Notes: generated from the letters alone by a model not told the origin. 64,000 nucleotides of DNA from an uncultured bacterium (GCA_964417925.1 CAYQJV010000001.1:22192-86191); one strand, 5' to 3'; counted from the first letter of the stretch, positions 10,495-21,324 are shown. Numbers and translations: made by a program.

Positions 10495-11079
10495 ATGATT
10501 TTTATCATATTTACAGGATTTGTATCTTCTCTTTCTTTTTCTTCTACCTTTATAAACGGAAGTGGAATATATCTTACTCAGATAAATCATGAACCTTTTA
10601 ACTCATCTCCTTATTTTTATAGAATAAGCATTCGTACTGTTATAAAAGAAGTCCCGGTCAATTTGGGAATCTTATGTGAAAAAGAAGACAAAAGTAACAT
10701 TCCCGCTGTATTTTTATCTCTCAAAAGGTCATTTAAAGGTGTACCAGTGACTTTGGATTTAGTTCTACCTTCTGGATTTTTCACAAATAAGTTTATGGCA
10801 TCCTATTTTTTACTAGCTCATATAGCACTATGTTTACATTTGGAAAAAAATTTTTTAAAAGGATTTTCGGTTGGCATAAATACAGGAATAGGATACGCTA
10901 TGTATAAAGTTACACATGACATTGTTGAGGAGCAAAAATGGAAAAGTAATTTTGAAGGGATGGGAAGCATATATTCTACAATGAAGCTTCTCAAAATAAA
11001 AAAACGTGATGTAATATTCTATCAATCTTTTAATATTTTTACTCCATTTCTTTTCTTTTTTGGAATATGTATTCATTGA
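10495..11079 (+). CDS. Hypothetical protein (possible envelope protein)
   Basis: ORF only. Hydrophobic N-terminus. No recognisable motifs. Confidence 0.3.
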   Translation: MIFIIFTGFVSSLSFSSTFINGSGIYLTQINHEPFNSSPYFYRISIRTVIKEVPVNLGILCEKEDKSNIPAVFLSLKRSFKGVPVTLDLVLPSGFFTNKFMASYFLLAHIALCLHLEKNFLKGFSVGINTGIGYAMYKVTHDIVEEQKWKSNFEGMGSIYSTMKLLKIKKRDVIFYQSFNIFTPFLFFFGICIH

Positions 11080-12050
11080 TACTTTTTATTGTTTCTTCTT
11101 ATGAAGAAACGATAGGATTCCCTTTTTTAAAAATAGGTATAGGTGCAAGACCAGTAGCTATGGGAGAGGCATTCACTGCAGTAGCAGATGACCCTCAAGC
11201 CTTATTCTACAATCCAGGAGGATTAGGAAGTATAAAAAGATATGGTATATCTTTGACCACAATGAACGTTTTCTGGATAGGCAATTATACCTCTGCAGCT
11301 GGTATTATAGGGATAGGAAGATACATAGGCATAGGTATATTTGCAGGATTGCTTTCCGCAGAAGATATGTTAAGAAATAAAACAGGAGAAGAGTTAGGAA
11401 AGTTTTCCTATTACGACTCCTATGTGGGAGTAGGGACAGGATGTAGAATATCCAAAAAACTATCTATAGGAGGAAATGCAAGGTTTGTGTATTCAAAGAT
11501 ATATACATATTCTGCAACCTCTTTAACAATGGATTTAGGTGCTCTTTATATTTTTAATAAATTTGTGTCATTTGGAGCCTCTTTAAGGAACCTTGGGACC
11601 CCCAGAATTTTCATTAAAACCCCTGAATTTCCTCCCTTAGTCTTAACAAATGGAATTGCATTCAAATTTTCCTTAGGGAAAAATTACTTATTACTTTCTG
11701 CAGACATTGGCATAAACAACGAAGGAAAGTTAAATATAGGTACAGGATTTGAGCTGAGAATAGCTCCCTTATACCCTGATGAAACATCGCTATCTCTTAC
11801 AGAAGAAGTTTATGGTGTTCTTATAAGAGGTGGATATAAAACAGGAATAGGTGAAGGAGCAGGTGCAGGATTCAGTTTTGGAATGGGAGTGGAATATTAT
11901 ATGGAAGAAAACCTAACTCTCGTAATAGACGGGGTATCTCTGTACCATGGGGTTCTCGGAACCACTGAGAGAGTTTCCTTTTCACTACTCTATGAGCCCA
12001 CAACAAAGAAGAAAAGGCAATATCGTAGTTACCCGCCGCATTCCAAATAA
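11067..12050 (+). CDS. T9SS-associated outer-membrane beta-barrel protein (PorV/PorQ/PorP-like)
   Basis: Signal peptide then FLKIGIGARPVAMGEAFTAVADDPQALFYNPGGLG, which matches the conserved N-terminal motif of PorV/PorQ-type OM proteins. Gly/aromatic-rich beta-strand pattern. The 3' end may be overcalled. Confidence 0.45.
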   Translation: MYSLILFIVSSYEETIGFPFLKIGIGARPVAMGEAFTAVADDPQALFYNPGGLGSIKRYGISLTTMNVFWIGNYTSAAGIIGIGRYIGIGIFAGLLSAEDMLRNKTGEELGKFSYYDSYVGVGTGCRISKKLSIGGNARFVYSKIYTYSATSLTMDLGALYIFNKFVSFGASLRNLGTPRIFIKTPEFPPLVLTNGIAFKFSLGKNYLLLSADIGINNEGKLNIGTGFELRIAPLYPDETSLSLTEEVYGVLIRGGYKTGIGEGAGAGFSFGMGVEYYMEENLTLVIDGVSLYHGVLGTTERVSFSLLYEPTTKKKRQYRSYPPHSK

Positions 12051-12972
12051 AAAATCCTTTACTTCCTGCATCTAAAGCACCAAGAATCTGATAGAAAATG
12101 TAGTCTGGAGTAAAAAATGGTGTTTTATAATTAAACCCTTGAATGTATGCAACTACTTTAGCACCTGTATTTTTTAATCTTTTACGAGCGCGAATTATGC
12201 TCTCATAGTATAAAAGATAACTTCTTACAGGTTCTCCATATTCAGCAAAATCATATGGAGAAAAATGAGATGGATATAGCATTGGACACACGTAATCCAC
12301 GTATTTCCCCATATTCTCTATGTTTTGACCTTCTCCTACAAGGACCCTCCAAGTTGCATAACCAAACACATCTACTGAAAGGGGAAGTTTTGTATTTTTT
12401 CTTATATAGCGCACAAATGCGGTTATTGCTTCCTCTCGTTTACCCCATACTCCATAAAATAAACATCTTGAAATATCTCCATCCGTTGGGAATCTCACAT
12501 AGTCAAGTTGTATTTCATCAAAACCAAGCTCCTCAACTTCTTTTATTATGGAAAGTATATAATCCCATACCTTCTTATTATAAGGGTTTAACCACGAAAT
12601 CTTTTTATAATCTTCCCACAGTTCTTTTGTATACTTATCCCTTATTCCAAAATTACCCCATTGGGATGCATAATCATCTTTAAAGCATACTATTCTTGCA
12701 ATTACTTTTTTTATTCCATGAACCTTGAGTGAATCTATCAATTCTTTTACATCAAAAATCACAGAAACTGCTCCTGTGGATAATGCTATTTTATTTCGAG
12801 TATAAAATCTTATCTTCCCTCTATCGTCTTTCATATCTACTACTACTGCATTTAGCAATCCTTTTTCTCCTAATTCCTTTATTTTTTTTAAAAGAGCCTT
12901 ATTCTTTGCAGAGTAAGGTGTAAGATATATACCTCTATAGAAAAAATCATTGCATATTATAAGAACGATCAA
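11872..12972 (-). CDS. Putative glycoside-hydrolase-like TIM-barrel protein (DUF4015/GH114-like)
   Basis: Motif GFDEIQLDYVRFP typical of GHL/DUF4015 proteins. The first ~60 codons overlap the convergent OM-protein gene, so the real start may be internal. Confidence 0.4.
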   Translation of the reverse strand: MIVLIICNDFFYRGIYLTPYSAKNKALLKKIKELGEKGLLNAVVVDMKDDRGKIRFYTRNKIALSTGAVSVIFDVKELIDSLKVHGIKKVIARIVCFKDDYASQWGNFGIRDKYTKELWEDYKKISWLNPYNKKVWDYILSIIKEVEELGFDEIQLDYVRFPTDGDISRCLFYGVWGKREEAITAFVRYIRKNTKLPLSVDVFGYATWRVLVGEGQNIENMGKYVDYVCPMLYPSHFSPYDFAEYGEPVRSYLLYYESIIRARKRLKNTGAKVVAYIQGFNYKTPFFTPDYIFYQILGALDAGSKGFFIWNAAGNYDIAFSSLLWAHRVVKRKLSQWFREPHGTEIPRLLRELGFLPYNIPLPFQN

Positions 12973-12983
12973 TGAAAGAGAAA

Positions 12984-15077
12984 CTATATGCCTTTTAAAA
13001 TATGTCTATCAGTTTTTTCAAACTCTATCCTTGTACTATCTCTGTGGATATGCAGAAATCTGTGATATTCGCATTCTACTGTGGGGGCGTTATCTGCTTT
13101 AAAATACTCTTCTCTTGTAGATGGGCAATAAGGTGAAGCAAGTTGTCCGGTAAGAGTGCATATTTTTTTCATTACAATACCCTCAGGCATTGGAAAATCA
13201 GTGACAGGCCTGTTTTCAGTTGCTTTTTTCATAAACTCTGCCCATATTGGAGCAGCACAGGATCCTCCTGATGCTCCGCGATATATTGTCCTTTTTTCGT
13301 CAAAACCAACCCAAACCGCACACGTAATCTCAGGAGTAAATCCAACAAACCATGCATCGGTGTAATCATCTGTTGTACCTGTTTTACCTGCGGCAGGTCT
13401 TTTGAAACCTCTTCTTCTTATAATAGTAGCAGTAGCTCCCGGCATATCAAGGACGCTTCTCATCATACTGGTTACAAGAAACGCAGTTTGGGGGGATATT
13501 ACTTCTTCACCTTCTTCAGGTAGATTTTCTTCTATAATTCTTCCTTCTCTATCAACTATCTTTCTTATAAGAATGGGCTTTAATCTTCTTCCCATTCTTG
13601 GAAGAGTAGCAAAAGCAACTGCCATCTCAAAAGGAGTTACTTCTCCCGTACCTATTCCCACAGAAAGTACTGGAGGTAGTGGTGATTTTATACCCATCTT
13701 GTGGGCATACTCTATAACAAGCTCAGGGCCAAGATATTTGGTGAGTTTTAAAGCAATCAAGTTTCTGGATAGGGCAAGTCCTTCTCTAAGAGTCATAGGA
13801 CCCATAAACTTATGATCCCAGTTGGCAGGAGCATATCTTCTTCCAGCCACGGTTATTATCATTGGTGCATCTACCTCAACATCTGCAGGAGTGAATCCAT
13901 TGTCTATTGCTGCAGTGAATACAAAAACCTTAAACGCAGAACCAGGCTGTCTTCTTGCCTGCATTGCCCTATCAAAGGAACTATGTTTAAACTCCCTTCC
14001 ACCTACAAGGGCAAGTACATAACCTGTTCTATTATCTATTGCTACCAAGGCTGCTTGAAGATAAGGAGGAGGTTTTGTAGAGTCTGCATATTCAAGAGTA
14101 TCAAAATCACTTTTCTTAGGCTGTATATTATGTTTCTCCTCAAGAGTTCTTAGATAATTTTCCACCGCCTCATTGGCTGCTCTCTGTAAGTCTATATCTA
14201 CTGTGGTGTATACATAAACTCCTTGTTTGTAAATAAAATCGCTGCCGTATTTCTTTTCAAGATACCTCCTTACTTCCTCCACAAAATAGGCTGCATCATT
14301 TTCTTTTATTCTTCTGGGAACAATACCCAGAGGTGAAGATATGGCCTTTTTATACTCCTCTTCTGTAATTTCACCTATTTCATAAAGTTTTCTTATAAAA
14401 AGATTTCTTCTTTTCAAAGCCCTTTCTGGATGATAGTAAGGATTATAAACCTCAGGAGCCTTTGGCAAAGCAGCCAGTAAAGCACATTCTGCTATGTTTA
14501 ATTCATATACATGCTTGTTAAAATAGGTTTGGGCCGCTGCTTCAACTCCATAGGCCCCATGTCCAAAATAAACTTGGTTGAGATACATTTCTAAGATCTC
14601 TTTTTTAGAATACATTCTTTCAAGTCTCACTGCAAGTAAGGCTTCCTTAAGTTTTCTTATAAGAGTCCTTCTTTGAGTTAAAAACATATTTCTGGCAAGT
14701 TGTTGAGTAAGAGTACTTCCTCCTTGAACTATCCTTCCTGCAAGAATGTTTTTCACAAAAGCTCTTAAAAGATCGGGGAGACTAAGTCCCCAGTGTTTAT
14801 AAAACCTCTTATCTTCCACAGCAATCAATCCCTTCACCAGATACCGAGGTATACTTTCAAGTGGAACTGGTTCTCTTCTTTCCTCAAAAAATTCATAGAT
14901 GAGTCTATCTTTAATATCAAAGACCTTTGTAGTTAAAGGAGGTTTATAGTCAAGCAAAGATTCAGGTGCAGGAAGATCTTGTTCAAGGTATCTAATCACT
15001 GCCACAGAAATTCCCGCTACAAATGCATAGAAGAAAAGAGGAGAAATAATGAAGAAAAAGAGAAGTTTTTTAACCAT
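12984..15077 (-). CDS. mrcA: Class A penicillin-binding protein 1A (transglycosylase/transpeptidase)
   Basis: N-terminal TM anchor. GT51 motifs (EDKRFYKHWG, GGSTLTQQ). Transpeptidase motifs SAFK, SRN, KTGT. Confidence 0.85.
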   Translation of the reverse strand: MVKKLLFFFIISPLFFYAFVAGISVAVIRYLEQDLPAPESLLDYKPPLTTKVFDIKDRLIYEFFEERREPVPLESIPRYLVKGLIAVEDKRFYKHWGLSLPDLLRAFVKNILAGRIVQGGSTLTQQLARNMFLTQRRTLIRKLKEALLAVRLERMYSKKEILEMYLNQVYFGHGAYGVEAAAQTYFNKHVYELNIAECALLAALPKAPEVYNPYYHPERALKRRNLFIRKLYEIGEITEEEYKKAISSPLGIVPRRIKENDAAYFVEEVRRYLEKKYGSDFIYKQGVYVYTTVDIDLQRAANEAVENYLRTLEEKHNIQPKKSDFDTLEYADSTKPPPYLQAALVAIDNRTGYVLALVGGREFKHSSFDRAMQARRQPGSAFKVFVFTAAIDNGFTPADVEVDAPMIITVAGRRYAPANWDHKFMGPMTLREGLALSRNLIALKLTKYLGPELVIEYAHKMGIKSPLPPVLSVGIGTGEVTPFEMAVAFATLPRMGRRLKPILIRKIVDREGRIIEENLPEEGEEVISPQTAFLVTSMMRSVLDMPGATATIIRRRGFKRPAAGKTGTTDDYTDAWFVGFTPEITCAVWVGFDEKRTIYRGASGGSCAAPIWAEFMKKATENRPVTDFPMPEGIVMKKICTLTGQLASPYCPSTREEYFKADNAPTVECEYHRFLHIHRDSTRIEFEKTDRHILKGI

Positions 15078-15084
15078 TTAACAT

Positions 15085-15120
15085 AAAAGGGGGAGAGTAG
15101 AACTCTCCCCCCTTTTTTAA
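15085..15120. terminator. Bidirectional intrinsic terminator hairpin
   Basis: GGGGGAGAG-tagaa-CTCTCCCCCC followed by TTTTTT. Lies just past the 3' end of the minus-strand protease gene. Confidence 0.6.
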
Positions 15121-15130
15121 GTTTTTAATT

Positions 15131-18100
15131 TTACTCAACAAGAAGCACCTTGTAAGTCCTAACAGCCTTCTCTGATCTAAATCTCACAAAGTAAATTCCA
15201 GCAGGAACTTTGTAACCACTCTGAGTATAACCATTCCATTTTATCTGTATCTTACCTGATGCATAACCACTGTAAAGCTTTGTAACTTTTCTTCCCGAAG
15301 AATCAAAAATTTCAACGTCAAGGTATGTGTTCTTAGGAGTAAACACGTCGAAAACGATATATTTGATGGATGGATTTGTATATTCAACTGTGAAGGGAGC
15401 ATTCACCACTACGTCCTCTTCTATACCTGTTTCAAAATTTGTGCGATCGTAAAGTTCTTTGGCTGCTGCTGCGTTATTCTTTATATCGTTTAAATCATCT
15501 CCACCTACAAAAGCAAAGGCAACAATCACACTATCTCCAGGAGATATATCAAATGGTCCAGTAGAAACTACTACCGACCAATCAGTAGATTTTTCTGACT
15601 CAGATACCGAAATATCCCCTTTCAAGAACTTGAAAAGGGTAGTATCGTGCCATACATTATTTGTTCCTTGATATACATAAACAGGATTTTCAAGCAAAGA
15701 AAGATTTCTGTACTCTGGTGCAAGCACACAAACACCCACATAAGGAGTGTTTGTACCTGTTATGGTCATGTATGCAAGTCTTGTATCTTCATCAACTCCA
15801 CCTTCATTACTTCCAGCATCTTGCATATCGAAGTCTGCTATTATTCCTGCGTATAACCCATCTATAGTGTTGCTACCTTTATTAAAGATTTTATACCGTA
15901 AAATCACAAAATCTTCATATTCAGGAGAAGACCAAGCATATCCATACTGTTCAACCCATAATCCCTTGGGAGAAGGATGTCCTGCATCATTGAAAATAGC
16001 TTTTGAATCTTGATCCGAAATTTTACGCATGAACACCACCCTTCCATCTGGAACATCTGTAACCTCCCAATCTCTATTTCCTGCATTATTTGGAGTATTA
16101 GGATAGAATCTATCACAAACATAATCTTCTGAGTTGCCTGCTGCAAAAGACGCGTGGTACAGCCAGTTTTGACCTGTCTTTGGATACTTAAATCCCTGTC
16201 CTTTTTCGTTTATATCAAGAAATCCTATGGAGCCGTGTTGGGTTACCGTAAGTAATACATTACCTATGTTATGATCCGCATACTCCATCCTCGGTATTCC
16301 AATCATTACCTTAAACTTCATTACCGTAGAAAAGTTGGATGCTTCTATCTTCATTTCAAAATCAACCCAGGTTGCCTCAGGAGTAGACTCAGAAGCCTCA
16401 ACCACAAAACCATCTCCTACAGAGGTACCGCCTGAAGGTATATCACCATATTGTGCATCAGCATCCTCTATTAATACACAAGAAGCTGAAGATGATATCG
16501 TAGCATTTACATCTTCGAGATCCACATCACCAAGATTTTTCAATTTTACCTTTAATCTCACCTTTTCACCAGGGTCCCAGTTTCCATCAGGATTAAACTC
16601 TTCTGAATCATCAATAATTATATCTTCAATCACTACTGATTTCATTCCTTCATCCGATAGTCCTCCAGTCACTACAAGAGCAAATGGCTGAGGACCAAAA
16701 GGAACATTCTGAGCCTTCACTACTATTTTCCAAGTACCTATTTCTGGTGCACTTATAAAGACATTTTCTACAGGATTTTTTGAATCAGGTTCTCCTCCCG
16801 TGACAGATTCATTATCTTCAAACACATTTCCCAAATAAACATTATTTGATGGAGATATTACTTCAAGATCCAAATCATTCACAAGGGCAGGAGATGCATA
16901 CTCAACTGCAGGATAATCTGTCCATACCAGTGTTACTCTGAAAGGTTCAGTACCATCTACAACTTCAATCTCTGCTGAAAAAGCATATCCAGTTCTCAAA
17001 CCCTCCTTGAAATCCACTACTTTTAATTTTCTTTTATCTCCAGAGAAATAAAGTACGTTGTCCAGTTTCGGTCTTCCCCATCCTCCTTTTTCATCGGGAA
17101 TGGAGATCCCTGATACATCAAGTTCCACAGAGTTAATGAGCATTGCCTTTAAAAGAGCAGCGGACGGGATAAAAGAGTTTGAAAGGGTTTTGCTCCCTGA
17201 AGGATAGTATCCATCTGTAAAGTACTGTCTTATTAATAACGCATTACCCGCAGCCACAGGACATGCCATGGAAGTACCCTCTCCATTGGTATATCCATTA
17301 TCATTTCCTCCATAAGCTGACATTACAACTCCTGGCACCACTATATCGGGTTTTATCCTTCCATCCCAAGTAGGCCCTTTTGTAGTAAAGCTTGCCAAAG
17401 TAGTGGCAGCACTTCCATTAAGAGTAGCTCCCACTGCCACCACATTTTTTGCATTTGCCGGACTTCCTGTATATGGATTTGGAGGATTGTTCCCTGCTGC
17501 AAACATCACCAGATAATCAGGATAGTCCCACATTGTCATATCTGCTTCCATGCAGTCATGGTCATAAGCTCGTGTTGTTTGTTTTCCCCAAGAGTTTGAA
17601 ATTACTCTTGCTCCGCCTGCAGAATTACCTTTATATGCAATAGAAAGGCTATACTCAAGACTTACAGCATGAATTATCCCACCTGGATGACTTGCAGAAC
17701 CTCCATCAAGAAAATAGAGCTTAGCTTCAGGAGCCATTCCATCATAAACACTACTACCTCCTACTGGGTCATCACAACCAAGTACAGTGCAGGAAGTGTG
17801 GGTACCATGATAGAACCCATAGTACGGTTCATCACCAAATGTAATTATCCCTTCAGGATCATAAGCAGGTTTTTGATATGCAATTATTTTTCTATGATTG
17901 GGATAATCACCGAAATCATCTATAGGTACTGAAGGATCTCTAAACATATCATGAGAGGTTCTCACCCCAGAATCCAACACTGCACCTATCTGACCTTCTC
18001 CTTTTATTCCCATATCCCATACCTTTCTGTTATTTTCCTCCCAAGTTTGCACTACCCATTGCGCTTGGTTATTAAACAATCTGGGCATATGAAACTCTTC

Positions 18101-18724
18101 AACCCATCTTACTGCCTTTTCTTTTACTATTTCTCTAATTGCATTAGCAGGTAATTCAACTTTCAAAAGGTGATTCCATTTAGAATGGAATTTTTCTTTT
18201 ATTACACCTCCATACTGCTTTACCTTTTCAATCACAGGTTCTATATCCATATCAGGATATCCCACAATGATGAATGTATCCATAGAGGAGGAAGTTACAT
18301 TCAATGCATGGGGAAACTTATAATAAGGATGGTATACTCCCACCCAGTTAACAAATGGCTGTGTTTTTATTTTTACAATATCAGTCTTTTTAGCATGCAC
18401 CAGATATGCATAGTTAGGAATATAAAAATATATCTTAACTCCCATAGATTCAAGAAAAGAAGCATACTCACTGTAGATTGGCCCCTTAAACTGTACTATG
18501 TATACTCCATCTTTTCCCTCATAATCATCAACTCTTAAATCTTCAGGTATGTTAGGTTCACCATACCTGGTATCAAACTGTATTCCGCATCCAAGACTTA
18601 TGTATGTGGCATTATTGTAAACACGTGGAACAAACTGTCCAATCTCACCTTTTATGAAGTGTTGATTATACCCAAAAACGAATGTTATTATTCCTATGAT
18701 ACAAATGAACATCTTTTTCCACAT
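15131..18724 (-). CDS. Large S8 subtilisin-like serine protease with T9SS C-terminal sorting domain
   Basis: Catalytic triad motifs GAVLDSGV, HGTHTSCTVLG, GTSMACPVAAG. C-terminus IFDSSGRKVTKL…KVPAGIYFVRF…KVLLVE matches the Por_Secre_tail pattern. N-terminal signal peptide. Confidence 0.8.
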   Translation of the reverse strand: MWKKMFICIIGIITFVFGYNQHFIKGEIGQFVPRVYNNATYISLGCGIQFDTRYGEPNIPEDLRVDDYEGKDGVYIVQFKGPIYSEYASFLESMGVKIYFYIPNYAYLVHAKKTDIVKIKTQPFVNWVGVYHPYYKFPHALNVTSSSMDTFIIVGYPDMDIEPVIEKVKQYGGVIKEKFHSKWNHLLKVELPANAIREIVKEKAVRWVEEFHMPRLFNNQAQWVVQTWEENNRKVWDMGIKGEGQIGAVLDSGVRTSHDMFRDPSVPIDDFGDYPNHRKIIAYQKPAYDPEGIITFGDEPYYGFYHGTHTSCTVLGCDDPVGGSSVYDGMAPEAKLYFLDGGSASHPGGIIHAVSLEYSLSIAYKGNSAGGARVISNSWGKQTTRAYDHDCMEADMTMWDYPDYLVMFAAGNNPPNPYTGSPANAKNVVAVGATLNGSAATTLASFTTKGPTWDGRIKPDIVVPGVVMSAYGGNDNGYTNGEGTSMACPVAAGNALLIRQYFTDGYYPSGSKTLSNSFIPSAALLKAMLINSVELDVSGISIPDEKGGWGRPKLDNVLYFSGDKRKLKVVDFKEGLRTGYAFSAEIEVVDGTEPFRVTLVWTDYPAVEYASPALVNDLDLEVISPSNNVYLGNVFEDNESVTGGEPDSKNPVENVFISAPEIGTWKIVVKAQNVPFGPQPFALVVTGGLSDEGMKSVVIEDIIIDDSEEFNPDGNWDPGEKVRLKVKLKNLGDVDLEDVNATISSSASCVLIEDADAQYGDIPSGGTSVGDGFVVEASESTPEATWVDFEMKIEASNFSTVMKFKVMIGIPRMEYADHNIGNVLLTVTQHGSIGFLDINEKGQGFKYPKTGQNWLYHASFAAGNSEDYVCDRFYPNTPNNAGNRDWEVTDVPDGRVVFMRKISDQDSKAIFNDAGHPSPKGLWVEQYGYAWSSPEYEDFVILRYKIFNKGSNTIDGLYAGIIADFDMQDAGSNEGGVDEDTRLAYMTITGTNTPYVGVCVLAPEYRNLSLLENPVYVYQGTNNVWHDTTLFKFLKGDISVSESEKSTDWSVVVSTGPFDISPGDSVIVAFAFVGGDDLNDIKNNAAAAKELYDRTNFETGIEEDVVVNAPFTVEYTNPSIKYIVFDVFTPKNTYLDVEIFDSSGRKVTKLYSGYASGKIQIKWNGYTQSGYKVPAGIYFVRFRSEKAVRTYKVLLVE

Positions 18725-18773
18725 GTTACCTCCTTTTCTACTGGATTTTTACACAACAGTTTTTTATAACTTT

Positions 18774-21308
18774 TCACCTCCTTTCATATATGTTTACAAA
18801 TTTAACAAGCCTTCTTTCCTCTCCTTTCTCCATTTGAATGAAATATACTCCTGCGGCAAGGAAAATTGATTTTACATCTTCCCTATTTTTCAGTTTTCTC
18901 ACAATTCTTCCATTTGACGTATATATCTTAACACAATCATAATATTCCATAGCCTTCCGCAGAACATCATTTATCTTGCCCACGGAACTAAATATTATGC
19001 CTTTCTCTTCATATTGGTATGCAACCTCCTTTATTCCTGTAGAAATGGGTAACCCAAACTTAATTGTTATCAAATATTCTCCATACTCATAAAGGTCTAC
19101 AGAAAACTCTACCCTCTCTCCTTTAGCCAGTGAGCTTTTTGCCTTTACCAAGAATCCCTCAATGGCTTTACCTTCAGAAAAGGGAGGCACATTCTCAAAA
19201 TAAGAGATTGAATCTTTTACAATAACCTTTCCATCCTCACTTTTCAATACACCTAATAATGCATATACCTTATCAGGTGCAGAGTTTTTAATCAATAGAT
19301 TGAGTATCGCTGTTTCCCCGGGATCAAGCAATCCATTTTGATTTCCTCCTTCTAAGGTATCTGCTATTTCATAAGAATAATAGGTTATCTCTCCTTTTAA
19401 AGGAAATTTTATATCTCCGGTCACCACCACAGCATATGGTTGAGGACCAAAAGGAATGTTTTTACCTACTATCTTTACTATCCATGCACCTTCCTCAGGA
19501 ATCTCTATCCATACCAATTCCTCCACGTTGATCTCATCCCTTACCCCACCCTCAACAGAATATCCATTTTCAAAGTTATTACCGTAATAGACCTTTCCCG
19601 AAGGAGAGATAACTTCAAGGTCTAAGTCATTAACGAGCTGTTTTGAGGAAGAAAGTTCTGCGGGATAATCAGTCCAAACAAGTACTATTTTTAAAGGTAA
19701 ACCAGAAGATACTTCCACTGTAAAACTTTTTTCTTCATCGGTCTCTATACCTATGGTATCGTCTATTAAATAAAGTTTCCGCATATCCTCTGGGAAATAG
19801 AGCACGCTGTCAAGACATACCCTACCCCATCCACCTTTATTTGATGGCATAGAATACGAAGATGAAAGATGAACTGTAGAAGCCATTACCATTGCTTTCA
19901 ATAAAGCAGCAGAAGGAATAATCCGTTCTTCCTCATCGGGTACTCCACCTGGATAGTACCCATCTTTTAGATATTGATAAATCAATGCCGTAGCTCCTGC
20001 AACAGCAGGACATGACATACTGGTGCCAGACATTGAGTAATAATTCTCAGGACCTCCACCATAGGCTGAGATCAATACACCAGGAGCAACAACTGTGGGT
20101 TTTATTCTACCGTCATTGGTAGGACCAGGATCTGAAAACCCAGTAACCCTATCCGCACCACCACCATTAAAAGTAGCTCCCACTGTAATAATATCTTTAG
20201 CGGTTCCAGGAGGAGTAACCCTATAATCATCATTTCCTGCAGAAAAAAGAATAAGAAAATCTTTATGATTCCACATAAATTGATCGGTCTGATAACACTC
20301 AATATTGTATCCCCCTTCATATGCATTCCATCCCCAACTGTTGGAACTTAAAATTGCCCTTCCTGCTTCATTTCCTTCATAAGGCATTATATACATGTCA
20401 TTAAGATCATCCGGAGGATAAACACTATAACCTCCTGCACCTATGTCAACAAAATATATTTTTGCATCTTTTGCCATTCCATCATATGGAGCACTACCAT
20501 CTACATATTCATCATTGCCTGCTACAGTACACGCAGTATGCGTTCCATGATAATAGGCACTTGATGCATCTCCAAAGGATGCTAAGGAAGATCCAGGTTT
20601 ATATGCAATTATTTTTCTATGTTCAGGATAATCCCCCCAGTTCTCTATAGGATGTTCAGGATCTCTAAACATATTGTGATCTGTGTATATACCTGAATCA
20701 GAGGTACTTACGATAACCCCTTTACCTGTTATGCCTTTCTCCCATATTCTTCGGTTATCTTCTTCCCAGGTCTGCACCACCCATTGACATCGATTGTTAA
20801 ATAACACATGCTCTCTACATGGTTCAATCCATCTTATCCATTTAATCCTCGCTATCTTGTGTATATCTTCTCCATCTCCCTTAATTACAATAATCTTGTT
20901 CCATTGATTTATCGAAACCCTTAAAATTTCAAAACCTTTCTCTTGAAGAAAAGGAAGCACTTCATCTACCACTGCCTCTTCAAAAAGAAGAACCTTGAAA
21001 CTATCCACTACCGGTTTTATAATCTCGTGGTTATACTTCATTCTGCCTTCATAGGGAACGACCCCTGAAATATCCATATCCTTTAGAATCTCAGAAGTAA
21101 TCTTTCCATATACCAAGAAAGCGTTGTCTGGTATGTATCCTTTTACCTTTAATCCCTTGCTCTCCATTAGATTACGTGTATTTTTAAAAACTCCTTTCAC
21201 CTCAACAATGTAGTAATTTTCTTCATAAGTTATTTCAAATCTTCCAGTTATGGAAAGGTCTCCATTAAGGAGATGGAGAATAGAAAATAAAAAAAAGATG
21301 TTATTCAT
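18774..21308 (-). CDS. S8 subtilisin-like serine protease with T9SS-type C-terminal domain (paralog of the previous gene)
   Basis: Triad motifs VSTSDSGI, HGTHTACTVAG, GTSMSCPAVAG. C-terminus KIYTSNGRIVRKL…AAGVYFIQME…LVKFVNI is CTD-like. Signal peptide. Confidence 0.75.
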   Translation of the reverse strand: MNNIFFLFSILHLLNGDLSITGRFEITYEENYYIVEVKGVFKNTRNLMESKGLKVKGYIPDNAFLVYGKITSEILKDMDISGVVPYEGRMKYNHEIIKPVVDSFKVLLFEEAVVDEVLPFLQEKGFEILRVSINQWNKIIVIKGDGEDIHKIARIKWIRWIEPCREHVLFNNRCQWVVQTWEEDNRRIWEKGITGKGVIVSTSDSGIYTDHNMFRDPEHPIENWGDYPEHRKIIAYKPGSSLASFGDASSAYYHGTHTACTVAGNDEYVDGSAPYDGMAKDAKIYFVDIGAGGYSVYPPDDLNDMYIMPYEGNEAGRAILSSNSWGWNAYEGGYNIECYQTDQFMWNHKDFLILFSAGNDDYRVTPPGTAKDIITVGATFNGGGADRVTGFSDPGPTNDGRIKPTVVAPGVLISAYGGGPENYYSMSGTSMSCPAVAGATALIYQYLKDGYYPGGVPDEEERIIPSAALLKAMVMASTVHLSSSYSMPSNKGGWGRVCLDSVLYFPEDMRKLYLIDDTIGIETDEEKSFTVEVSSGLPLKIVLVWTDYPAELSSSKQLVNDLDLEVISPSGKVYYGNNFENGYSVEGGVRDEINVEELVWIEIPEEGAWIVKIVGKNIPFGPQPYAVVVTGDIKFPLKGEITYYSYEIADTLEGGNQNGLLDPGETAILNLLIKNSAPDKVYALLGVLKSEDGKVIVKDSISYFENVPPFSEGKAIEGFLVKAKSSLAKGERVEFSVDLYEYGEYLITIKFGLPISTGIKEVAYQYEEKGIIFSSVGKINDVLRKAMEYYDCVKIYTSNGRIVRKLKNREDVKSIFLAAGVYFIQMEKGEERRLVKFVNIYERR

Positions 21309-21324
21309 TTATACTCCTTTGTTT

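Noticed and set aside
13402-14153. Plus-strand ORFs of 113-137 aa inside the PBP1A gene
   Set aside because: Antisense to a strongly supported class A PBP. No SD. Composition typical of reverse-frame artefacts.
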